Below, piece by piece: positions 1-8,387 of a stretch of 58,451 nucleotides of DNA. Source of the DNA: a virus (Duplodnaviria; Caudoviricetes); IMG/VR virus record IMGVR_UViG_3300035703_000103, positions 1-58,451 of that record; one strand, 5' to 3'. The translations under genes were made by a program, and so were the position numbers. Position 1 is the stretch's first letter; the number at the start of each line of letters is the position of its first letter. Below the pieces are notes generated by a model. That model worked only from the letters and a program-made list of their open reading frames with translations, was not told the origin of the DNA and made no database searches.

Positions 1-5
1 ACCAA

Positions 6-3000
6 ATGGCCGAGGCCATGATCACGCAGATGAAGGACAACCTGGTGTGGCTGCACAACCAGTGGCGTCCTGAACTGCGCGAGCGGTCCCGACTCTGGTA
101 TGTGGGTGGGAATCGAATCTCACACCGCATGGCTTCGCGGTTTAGGACCGAGCCCTGGCGTGTGGCCGCCGTGATTGCGGCGACCAGCCCTCAGAAGGAC
201 TGGTTCCAGAACGTCTCTTTGGCCGAGCGCATTCTGGAGGCTGTGGTCAACAACTCGCAGATGGTCTGGACGGCGCAGATGACCGAGACGGTCAACTCCC
301 GCGACTGGGGCGGCAAGGAGTCGCGCGATCTTGGGTTCACGCCGCGCAATGAAATCTCTCGCCTGCAGGGCAAGACCTTGCGTGATCTGTACGAACCTCA
401 GAATCCGCAGTCTCTTTTGGATATGGCGGTATGGGTTCGCGCTTGGGATGAGACGTACAACCCCCGCATGGCCCGGGTGATCTCGCCTGAAGGCAAGTTC
501 ATTGATGAGTTCGACTCGACCAAGGACGGGCGTCCAATCGGCCTGCGTTGGCAGAGTTTTGCCACCATTGCCAAGACGCTGGACATCCTGACTGCGCCTG
601 ATCGGGCGACAGTGTCTGCCATGATCGGCTCGAACCATAAGGTTCGCTCGTTCTACAACAACATCATCGCGCCGTTTGATGATGAGGACGTGACCATCGA
701 CACCCATGCCGTGGCCGCCGCTCTGATGCGTCCTCTGGGGTCGTCAGCCACCGAGGTGGCTCACAACTTTGGCACCAACGAAAAGGGGATGCCGGGACCG
801 AAGAACAGTGCCATCACGGGACTTTTCGGCACCTACCCGATCTACGCTGAAGCCTATCGCCGTGCGGCCCGCGAGGTTGGGGCGCTTCCCCGTGAGATGC
901 AATCCATCACTTGGGAAGCGGTGCGCGGCCTGTTCCGTCCAGAGCAGAAGAATGAGAGAATCAAGGGCGAGGCAGACCGCATTTGGCGCGAAGTCTCTGA
1001 GGGGGAACTCGATGTCAACGAAGCGCGGCAGCAAATCTCTGGCCTGGTTGGTGGCATCCAAGACCCCGCCTGGGTCAGATCCCCTGCTGGAAGTAATGAA
1101 GCAGCGCGGGATTCCTCTTACGCAGGAGGAGTACCTGAAGATGGCGTACCCGGAAGGGGTGCCCAACCCGGTGCCGCCAGAGGTGATGGCCGAGATGCCG
1201 GCGCAACTCCGGCAAGCCTGAGTCGCGGGCGACGAGTCACGCCCAGCCCTGACTCCGCAAACTTCAAGCGGTGGAGCGGTAACGCACCGCTGATCACCTC
1301 CGCAGCAGCGGTTGACCATGTCTTCAAGACGGGTCAGAAGGTGGTGCTAGAAGGTTTCCACGGCACCGGTCGAGGCGACCGTGTTGGCACCGTGTTCCAG
1401 CGCAAGCGCGCCACCTCCGGCCCGATGGCGTTCTTCACCAGTTCGCCCATGTTGGCCAGCTCCTACGCTCAGGGCAAGCCCGACACCAGCCGCGCACTGG
1501 AGGACAACCCGTTTGAGAGTTGGTTCAAGTTCAAAGGGAAGGGGATGCGAACGGCGGTCAACCTCGACCGCGCGTGGTACTTCCTTGATCAAGAGAGCAA
1601 GGCCAAGATCGCCAAGCGGATGCCTGACATTCGCACGGACGATGACGGCAACATCGTCTACGAAGAGGGCGGCGGCGGCCTTGGCAACTACGACTGGGAA
1701 CTGAAGCAAACCAAGTCGGCCTACCTTCGCGAGGGTAACCCGCTGAAGGCGGCCGTTGAATCTTGGTTGAGCAGCGGCGCCATCTACGGCGACGAGGGCC
1801 GTTTCCGCCAGGTGCTGCGCTTGGCCGGCTTCCCGACGGATGCGCTGGAGTACGACAACCCGCAGGAGACGTACCCGTTCGTCTACAAGGTCTATGTCTC
1901 CATGCTCAACCCGCTGGTGACCAGCGACATTCCGAAGGAAGTGGACGATGCTTTGCGCGCGGCGGCTGCAAAGGACCGCAGCAAGGCCAAGTCACAGTTC
2001 GGCGTGGACTCTTGGGACAAGAACACCCGCACGCTCAAGGAGTGGGTGGGCGAGTATCTGAACCCATCCAACGGGGACAACCGATACGTTTGGACGAGCA
2101 TCCCTGACAAGGTGACCGAGGTCTTCAAGAGCCTGGGTTATGACGGGATCATCGACTACTCGGGGAAGAACGGTTCCACCGAAGTCGCGCCGGTCTACAT
2201 CCCGTTTGAAGAGGGTCAGGTCAAGAGCGCCATAAGCAACAGCGGCGAGTTTGACCGCAGCAAGAAGGACATCCAGGCCAGCAGATCGCGTGAGCGCCTA
2301 CTGTCAATGCCTGCGGTGCCGGTGAGTCCGCTACCTGATGGTATGGCTCTTGGTGATCTTCGTGTCTTGGCTAGTGAGCGGTATAAGGCCGCCGCCAAAC
2401 TTGGCCCCGTCAAGATGATGGATGACCGCGCCGTGCTGCTGACATCGGTCGGGATGAAGAAGTCGCGCAGCCACAGCGCCGACAAGCGGGTGCTGGAATT
2501 GATGGGCTCAATTCGAGAGGTGCTTGGTGCAGCAGAGCCCGTGGCTTCGATTCCGCATCAGCAGGAGAATCCAGGCGACTCAATCCGCGCGTGGCACTAC
2601 TACGGCGCGAAGGTGGATATCGATGGCGAGGAGGCGTTTGCCAAGCTCGTTGTGCGCGAGTCGGTCAACGGCGAGATTTACTACGACACCGACCTGTCTG
2701 GCGTGGAAGATATCAGCGGTCGTGCTGGTGACGCTGCCCGATCCAAAACCGGGGCGGCAGCCGTTTCCGCTGACAAGAGAACTCTAGCCGATCTTCTGGG
2801 CTCAGGCAATCTTGGGAGTGAGGTTGAGTTGAGCCGCGGCCGCTCCGACATCGACCTATGGGGGCAGGCCGGAACCAAGTCGGCTGACTCACTACAGGCC
2901 CTCGCCGATTGGGGTGGGAACAGTATTCTTGGTGACCCCAAAACTGGCAAGCCTGTTGTTTGGTGGGCTTATCGCAGGGCCGGCAGCAAGTCGCGCCTTG

Positions 3001-6000
3001 ACCCAATGCCTTACCCCGACAACGGAATCTATGGCCTGATCGTCACGCCGCTTGGAGTGCAGGCCCGTTTGGACATGGATTCTCCGCAGTCGTGGATCAA
3101 CGAGGCCAATGACTCGGATGAGTATGTCCGCCCGGTGCCAGTCATCATTCGTGGATCGGAAGTGGTGACGGATGATCAACTATTCGACCTGACACAGTCC
3201 AACCCCGGCAAAACCAACGGTCAGATTGCCGCCTCACAAGACATCGCGATGGTGGAGTTGGAAAGCCTGGCTTCCAATCACAAGATCGTTCTCAACCCGG
3301 CTAATGTCATTGAGTTGCGCGGTCCATTACTTGCGCTGATCAACGACGCTGGCAACACCCTGCAGCGTTCTCCTACTGATTACGCCTGGGTGTTCAATGG
3401 GTACGACACCTTGAATGTTGATTCAACCGTGATTACGGAGGATGGGCCTGAGTTGCCGGATGTCAGCTTGAGCCGCGGGCGCGATTCCATGCCGCCCCGC
3501 TTGTACTTGGTCGGGCCGGAACTGGCTGACTCGGCGCAGGGCACGGAAGACATGCCGCGCAGCGCGCAGGATCAGGATGCGCCCCGCCGGACATTCGGCC
3601 TTCGCGGTAAGAGCACGTTCCCTTCGCGGGCTGAAGTGAACTCTATGTCCCGCGAGGAGTTGATCGACTTCCTGCAGGATATGGACCCCAACGGGGACTA
3701 TGCCGATCCTGATCCCGACCCGGATGTGCGCCTGTACCAGACCGCCAGGGGCTGGAACGTGGAGTACAACGAGTACGACGACCCGGGTGAATTCGACTCC
3801 TATGAGAAGGCGTATCGGGCCTACAACGAGGCCAGGTATGCGAATGCCGAGAACCCTCCGATGACGCTGGATCAGGCGCGGGATGCTGCGCTGACGATGC
3901 TGCAGGAGAGCGTGTGGCCGGAGGGCGGCGGCGAGGTGGTGCAGGCGCGGTTTGGAAGGCCGGACATCACGAAGTCCTCTGGCCGTACCACCAGCGCCCT
4001 TGATCTGATCGCCAAGCGCGACGAGATGGGGCGCCTGAAGTTCGGCCTGGGCAGCAAGGCTTACTCCATCGTGGCCGAGATTGCCGGCAATGTGCTGGAT
4101 CGGGTGCGGATGAAGCCCATCTCCGAAGACCTCGCTCGGGCCATGCTCAAGATGAAGGTCGCCATTGAGAAGGCGCAGGAGCGCACGGTGGATGTGGCCA
4201 AGTCCATGAGCGAGTTGGACCCGGCCGAGCGGCAGATGATCTCGGATGTGATCGAGCAGGAACTGACCGCAGGCGTGGTGCCCCCGACTCGGGTTCTGCA
4301 GATCGCGGCGACCATTCAGGGAATCATGTCCGAGCAGTCCAAGGAACTGATTGATTTGGGCATGCTGCGCCAGGAAGACGCCGACCGTTGGGACGGTCGC
4401 TACATCCCGCGCTTCTACGAGCAGAAACTGGGCGAAGAAGCATCGGCCTGGATGAAGGCCGTCAAGCAGTTGTTCACCCGCCCGCGCGCGATGATGGGCA
4501 TCAAGGGCAGCAACCTCAAGTCACGCGGGCTGTGGGAGACGATCCCGGCGGACGAGTTGGATGCTTGGCTGGATGAGGGTTGGGAAGTGCGCGACCCAGC
4601 CTATGACGAGGCCACCTCCACCGAGGTCCGTATCTGGCGCGACTACACACGCCCGGAGCGGGACAGCATGGGCGAGATCCGGGACTCTATGTTCCGATTC
4701 GTCATGGGCTACCAGAAAGCCCAGCGCGACATCGCCTTGGGCAAGATGTACCGGCACATCAACCAGACGATGTCCAGCAGCGCCGAGAAGGATGGATTCG
4801 TTCGGGTGCCGGACTCCAGCATCGACGGCGTGGACGTACCGTCCTACGGCGAGCTGGCCGGCAAGTGGGTTCCGCGCGAGGTGCTGGATCACCTGAGTGC
4901 CTTTGACGCCACGCAGCGCAACGCCCTGACCCGCTTCTACCAGAAGGCCCTGTCCTACTGGAAGGAGGGCAAGGTGGTGCTCAACCCGGTGAGCCACGCC
5001 AACAACATCTTGTCCAACTTGACGATGGCGCACTTCGCAGGCGTTTCATACTGGGACACGCCCAAGTACATGGCCGCGCTGCGGGATATGCACAAGGGCT
5101 CGCCCATGTTGGACGAGGCCAAGGACGCGGGCCTGTTCGTGGGCTCGTTCAACCAGGCCGAGATCGCCAAGGCCCTGCCCGAGCAGTTGAAGGTGCTGGC
5201 CGGCAAGACAGAGAGCAAGGCCGGCAAGGCATTCGACTCGGTCTTCACTTTCTTCACATACTTCCTTCGCAAGCCGATGAACGCGGCCTACGAGCTGGAG
5301 GATCAGTTCTTCCGCTACCTGCTGTACCGCGACGCCCGCACCCGCGGCATGGGGCCTGAGGACGCAGTGCGCCACTCGCAGCGGCACATCTTCACCTACG
5401 ACGATCTGCCGCAGGGTGCTCGCGTGGTGCGCGACACGGCGCTGCCGTTCTTCGCTTACACCTACAAGGTGATCCCGGTCCTGGCCAAGACGGCGCTGGA
5501 GTACCCGCATCGGTACGCAATGCCGGCCGCGATCCTGTACACGATCAATGCACTTGGCTTTGCGATGGCTGCTGGCGACGAGGACGACGGCTGGATGGAC
5601 ATCATCCGGCGCTACTCATCTGACGCCGACTTCCGCAAGAAGGTCAGCGACCTCGAGGGGCAGGAGCGCAAGGACTTGCCGCCGTGGATGCAGGGCGCGA
5701 GTGCTTCGCTTGGCACGCCTAAGGCGATCCGCCTGGGGCAGGATGACAAGACCGGGCTGCCGGTGTACCTGGATGTCAGCAAGATCTTCCCCGGCGGCGA
5801 CCTGTTGGACGTGACGGCCAACGCAGGCGGCCTGCCGTGGCTGCAGCCGCTCACGCCTTCAAGTCCTGTGCTCAACGCGGCCGCGGCTCTGTTCTTCAAC
5901 CGCGACCCGTTCTACGGCAAGGACCTGGTGGACAAGAACGACACGCCGGCAGAGGCTGCAAAGAAGCGCGCCGAGTGGGCCTGGAAGCAGTTCTCTCCGG

Positions 6001-6356
6001 CAATCACGATCTACAACTACCACTGGGACCGCGGCATGAACGTCCTGGCCAACGCCACCGGAACGGACATCCTGGGCTACACCGGGCGCGGCAAGGACGG
6101 CATTCCGGTGGATGCGATGTACGCGGCCATGCAGACCTTCGGCATCAAGGCGCGGCCCATCGACCTGGAGAAGTCAGCCGACATCAACGCCAACAAGGAG
6201 AAGTCCATCATCCGCTCCATTGAGGCAGAAATTTCGCAACTCAAGCGCCTGGAGGCCAAGGGCGCAATGACCTCGGAGAAGGCTCAAAAGCAGATCGACC
6301 TTGAGAACGAGAAGATCCAGCGAATCCGAGACAAGAAGTTGGAGTCAGTTGAATGA
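6..6356 (+). CDS. C-terminal 2116 aa of giant polyvalent (DarB/ddrB-like, probably virion-injected) protein; probably continues from ORF 53444..58451 across the circular junction
   Basis: Modules separated by LSRGR-like linkers. (1) A domain with SPQKDW..N / KVRSFYNNI / VTIDTHA / MQSITWEAVR motifs, HhH-glycosylase-like (tentative). (2) ADP-ribosyltransferase ART-PolyVal-like: FHGT..FFTSSP..YA..VYVSMLNPL..GYDGII..QVKSAISNSGEFD. (3) LPD3-like: WHYYGAKV.IDGE...KLVVRE..NG..YYD. (4) Helical C-terminal region typical of these proteins. Confidence 0.85.
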   Translation: MAEAMITQMKDNLVWLHNQWRPELRERSRLWYVGGNRISHRMASRFRTEPWRVAAVIAATSPQKDWFQNVSLAERILEAVVNNSQMVWTAQMTETVNSRDWGGKESRDLGFTPRNEISRLQGKTLRDLYEPQNPQSLLDMAVWVRAWDETYNPRMARVISPEGKFIDEFDSTKDGRPIGLRWQSFATIAKTLDILTAPDRATVSAMIGSNHKVRSFYNNIIAPFDDEDVTIDTHAVAAALMRPLGSSATEVAHNFGTNEKGMPGPKNSAITGLFGTYPIYAEAYRRAAREVGALPREMQSITWEAVRGLFRPEQKNERIKGEADRIWREVSEGELDVNEARQQISGLVGGIQDPAWVRSPAGSNEAARDSSYAGGVPEDGVPGRGAQPGAARGDGRDAGATPASLSRGRRVTPSPDSANFKRWSGNAPLITSAAAVDHVFKTGQKVVLEGFHGTGRGDRVGTVFQRKRATSGPMAFFTSSPMLASSYAQGKPDTSRALEDNPFESWFKFKGKGMRTAVNLDRAWYFLDQESKAKIAKRMPDIRTDDDGNIVYEEGGGGLGNYDWELKQTKSAYLREGNPLKAAVESWLSSGAIYGDEGRFRQVLRLAGFPTDALEYDNPQETYPFVYKVYVSMLNPLVTSDIPKEVDDALRAAAAKDRSKAKSQFGVDSWDKNTRTLKEWVGEYLNPSNGDNRYVWTSIPDKVTEVFKSLGYDGIIDYSGKNGSTEVAPVYIPFEEGQVKSAISNSGEFDRSKKDIQASRSRERLLSMPAVPVSPLPDGMALGDLRVLASERYKAAAKLGPVKMMDDRAVLLTSVGMKKSRSHSADKRVLELMGSIREVLGAAEPVASIPHQQENPGDSIRAWHYYGAKVDIDGEEAFAKLVVRESVNGEIYYDTDLSGVEDISGRAGDAARSKTGAAAVSADKRTLADLLGSGNLGSEVELSRGRSDIDLWGQAGTKSADSLQALADWGGNSILGDPKTGKPVVWWAYRRAGSKSRLDPMPYPDNGIYGLIVTPLGVQARLDMDSPQSWINEANDSDEYVRPVPVIIRGSEVVTDDQLFDLTQSNPGKTNGQIAASQDIAMVELESLASNHKIVLNPANVIELRGPLLALINDAGNTLQRSPTDYAWVFNGYDTLNVDSTVITEDGPELPDVSLSRGRDSMPPRLYLVGPELADSAQGTEDMPRSAQDQDAPRRTFGLRGKSTFPSRAEVNSMSREELIDFLQDMDPNGDYADPDPDPDVRLYQTARGWNVEYNEYDDPGEFDSYEKAYRAYNEARYANAENPPMTLDQARDAALTMLQESVWPEGGGEVVQARFGRPDITKSSGRTTSALDLIAKRDEMGRLKFGLGSKAYSIVAEIAGNVLDRVRMKPISEDLARAMLKMKVAIEKAQERTVDVAKSMSELDPAERQMISDVIEQELTAGVVPPTRVLQIAATIQGIMSEQSKELIDLGMLRQEDADRWDGRYIPRFYEQKLGEEASAWMKAVKQLFTRPRAMMGIKGSNLKSRGLWETIPADELDAWLDEGWEVRDPAYDEATSTEVRIWRDYTRPERDSMGEIRDSMFRFVMGYQKAQRDIALGKMYRHINQTMSSSAEKDGFVRVPDSSIDGVDVPSYGELAGKWVPREVLDHLSAFDATQRNALTRFYQKALSYWKEGKVVLNPVSHANNILSNLTMAHFAGVSYWDTPKYMAALRDMHKGSPMLDEAKDAGLFVGSFNQAEIAKALPEQLKVLAGKTESKAGKAFDSVFTFFTYFLRKPMNAAYELEDQFFRYLLYRDARTRGMGPEDAVRHSQRHIFTYDDLPQGARVVRDTALPFFAYTYKVIPVLAKTALEYPHRYAMPAAILYTINALGFAMAAGDEDDGWMDIIRRYSSDADFRKKVSDLEGQERKDLPPWMQGASASLGTPKAIRLGQDDKTGLPVYLDVSKIFPGGDLLDVTANAGGLPWLQPLTPSSPVLNAAAALFFNRDPFYGKDLVDKNDTPAEAAKKRAEWAWKQFSPAITIYNYHWDRGMNVLANATGTDILGYTGRGKDGIPVDAMYAAMQTFGIKARPIDLEKSADINANKEKSIIRSIEAEISQLKRLEAKGAMTSEKAQKQIDLENEKIQRIRDKKLESVE
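1012..1221 (+). CDS. Overprinted 69-aa protein nested in +1 frame of giant gene (MSTKRGSK...DPLLEVMKQRGIPLTQEEYLKMAYPEGVPNPVPPEVMAEMPAQLRQA)
   Basis: RBS-like GAGGGGG upstream of ATG 1012; globular-looking sequence; host frame here is G/A/R-rich linker with atypical A/T-ending codons. Confidence 0.7.
   Translation: MSTKRGSKSLAWLVASKTPPGSDPLLEVMKQRGIPLTQEEYLKMAYPEGVPNPVPPEVMAEMPAQLRQA
2711..2775 (-). ncRNA. Putative antisense small RNA with tRNA-Gln(UUG) anticodon stem-loop mimic
   Basis: Minus strand: outer stem UGUCAGCGG/CCGCUGAUA; inner CCCGG-UUUUGGA-UCGGG (5-bp stem, 7-nt loop; 2737-2753); begins about 6 nt after a -10 box. Confidence 0.55.
2781..2809 (-). promoter_or_regulatory. Antisense sigma70-like promoter inside giant gene
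   Basis: Minus strand TTGCCT (2809-2804), 17 bp spacer, TAGAGT (2786-2781). Confidence 0.55.
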
Positions 6357-6373
6357 ACAGAACCGGAATCCCC

Positions 6374-6416
6374 TGTCAATAGGGGGAATTGACACTTCCT
6401 GCAAAAACGCTATCAT
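6374..6416 (+). promoter_or_regulatory. sigma70 promoter with overlapping inverted repeat (possible operator)
   Basis: TTGACA 6389-6394, 16 bp spacer, TATCAT 6411-6416; inverted repeat TGTCAAT-N7-ATTGACA 6374-6394. Confidence 0.65.
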
Positions 6417-6446
6417 TTGCAGTGTCGATAGCGTTTCTTCTCAACG

Positions 6447-6486
6447 GCCCTGCGGAATTACAAGTTCTGGCAGGGCTTTTGTCTTT
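6447..6486 (+). terminator. Intrinsic terminator/attenuator hairpin
   Basis: GCCCTGC-GGAATT-ACA-AGTTCT-G-GCAGGGC followed by TTTTGTCTTT. Confidence 0.65.
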
Positions 6487-6499
6487 CAGGAGGTGAACC

Positions 6500-6733
6500 A
6501 TGAAGTTCAGCGAAGCAATCGACCATCTTCGCCTGGGTCATTTGGTCCAGCACCAGGATTGGGAGCCCACGAGCAAACTGTGGTGGGATGACCAGATGCA
6601 GATCCTGCGCGTGTCCACGCGGCGCGGCGACTTCATCTTTCGTATCGAGTCGGCCGACCTTATGAGCGACGGCTGGCGCCTGTGCGCGCCCGAGCACGAT
6701 GTGCTGCTCCACGAAGAGGCCGCCTGGGTGTGA
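6500..6733 (+). CDS. DUF2829/Tad2-like small protein (possible anti-defence nucleotide sponge)
   Basis: MKFSEAI..LR.G..V....W N-terminus and ADLMSDGW C-terminal motif match the recalled family pattern; strong RBS AGGAGG. Confidence 0.55.
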   Translation: MKFSEAIDHLRLGHLVQHQDWEPTSKLWWDDQMQILRVSTRRGDFIFRIESADLMSDGWRLCAPEHDVLLHEEAAWV

Positions 6734-6977
6734 CCTAGTGCCTTTCGCCGGATGTTCATCGGACTGATGATGGCGCTGTGGGCGTGGACTCGATCAAAGG
6801 TTCCTCTGCGTTGATAGACAGACCCGCCACGGGTCTGAAGATCGGCACGCCCACGCCTCCTGCTGAAGCGGACAACCCGCTGAACATCCCGGCCAGGATC
6901 AAAGCCGCAGAAGACTTGCGCCTCTACAACGAGAGGCGGGGGTACGTTCCGGGGCAGGGGAACGTCATTGGTGTGGC

Positions 6978-7976
6978 TTAGAGCTTCTTCGCCAGGTCTT
7001 CGGCCTTGGGGTTGAAGTAGGTCAACGCCTGGGTGGTGCTTGACCATCCGAACATCTTGCACAACTCCAGCACCCCGAGCTTCCCGGCATTCACGATCTT
7101 GGTGGCCGCAGTGTGGCGGCTATCGTGGAAAGTGAAACCCTCAAGCCCTGCCCGCATCCGCGCACGCCGAAACAGCGTATCAACTGATCGGACGGGCACA
7201 GCGAACACCTCCACGGTGTCGCGCCCCTTCATGCGCTCAATGAGTCCTTGAGCCGCCTCTGAAAGCGGAACCTCTCGCGGTTTCGTCTTGGTCTGCCGAA
7301 GCCGCACGAATGACGGCGCGACATCGGCCCACTTCAGGCCAAACACCTCCCCACACCTCATGCCCGTTTCCAAGGCCAAGAGGAACCCAACGGCTACCGC
7401 TTGGCTTGCCGTGGTCACGGGCGCATCCTCTGCGTACCCAAGCTGCGCCACCACTGCCGCCACCTCCGCATCGGTGATGACGCGATCCCGGTGGTCGGGT
7501 TGCCTGGGCTTTCTGATGTCGTTCACGGCATTGAAGTCGGCCCACTTCCATTCCCTGCGGGCGTGCTCAAAGACGGCTGACATGACGCCGATTTCCCGCA
7601 AGACCGTGTTGGCGGCTTTTCTCTGTGACAGGCGCGAATCCCGCCAATCGGCCAGATGCTCGGGGCGTATCTCAGCCAACGGCTTGTCTAGCGGCAGGGC
7701 CTTGTGGTCGGCAGACTCAAGCCACGAATTGATCCGCACGGTTTCCCAACGGTGTCCGCGCTTGGTTGGCGTCACCTCGTCCCGGTAACGCTCAAGCACC
7801 TGGCGCAGCGTCTTGACATGGGAGCCTTGGCCAGAGGAAAGGGCTAGCAGTTCCGTGCGGGTGCGAACGATCCAGGCTTCGGCTTCGACCTTGGACTGGA
7901 ACGTGCCGCTCAGACGCTGGCCCTTGACCATCATCTGTACGCGCCACACCTTGCCGTCTTTGCGGATGTAGGCCAT
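6978..7976 (-). CDS. int: Tyrosine recombinase (phage integrase)
   Basis: ETGMRCGE (R), FHDSRH (HxxR), GW, C-terminal TYFN tyrosine. Confidence 0.95.
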   Translation of the reverse strand: MAYIRKDGKVWRVQMMVKGQRLSGTFQSKVEAEAWIVRTRTELLALSSGQGSHVKTLRQVLERYRDEVTPTKRGHRWETVRINSWLESADHKALPLDKPLAEIRPEHLADWRDSRLSQRKAANTVLREIGVMSAVFEHARREWKWADFNAVNDIRKPRQPDHRDRVITDAEVAAVVAQLGYAEDAPVTTASQAVAVGFLLALETGMRCGEVFGLKWADVAPSFVRLRQTKTKPREVPLSEAAQGLIERMKGRDTVEVFAVPVRSVDTLFRRARMRAGLEGFTFHDSRHTAATKIVNAGKLGVLELCKMFGWSSTTQALTYFNPKAEDLAKKL

Positions 7977-8114
7977 TACTAAATCCCATGCAATTTCTTA
8001 GTAACCCGATTGAGCAATCAGGTGCATGGGTGGCACTTTACAACGTCAGGAATCGGCTAAGTGCTTGATTTTGTGCGGTGGAGTGCTGTGATTGCATCCA
8101 GTAGCACTGTGCGG

Positions 8115-8128
8115 TGGTGCCCTCGGCC
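8115..8128 (-). mobile_element. Putative attP core = 3' end of a host tRNA (GGCCGAGGGCACCA, tRNA-Leu-like)
   Basis: Ends in discriminator A + CCA; lies between int and xis; IHF/arm-type-like TAAGTGCTTGATT motif at 8058-8070. Confidence 0.65.
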
Positions 8129-8174
8129 TGCATCGGACAGTCAATATCCATGCGGCCTGGGGCGCGTTCGTTCG

Positions 8175-8387
8175 TTATTTTTTCGTTTCCCATTCCATGA
8201 CTTCGGACAGAAGCCACTTGCCGGTGCTGTCCGGTTTTGGGAAGCCTTGGGTCATCATACGCGGCAGGGTGTTGCGGTGGATTCGCAGCCGATCACACAC
8301 CTCGGCGCGGGTCAGGCGTGCGCCTTGCACCTGGGCCAGGTTCATCACCGCACGGGTGAGTAGGTCGATCTTCTCTTCGACGGTCAT
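8175..8387 (-). CDS. Excisionase/AlpA-like HTH protein
   Basis: LTRAEVCDRLRIHRNTL..GFPKP..GKWLLSEV; upstream of integrase. Confidence 0.8.
   Translation of the reverse strand: MTVEEKIDLLTRAVMNLAQVQGARLTRAEVCDRLRIHRNTLPRMMTQGFPKPDSTGKWLLSEVMEWETKK

Noticed and set aside
2737-2753. Bona fide tRNA gene
   Set aside because: Only an anticodon arm; no D/T arms or acceptor CCA.
6778-6981. Small ORF between the Tad2-like gene and int
   Set aside because: No clear RBS or motif; cannot be supported.
8115-8128. tRNA gene at att site
   Set aside because: Only the 14-nt 3' end; no T-loop upstream.
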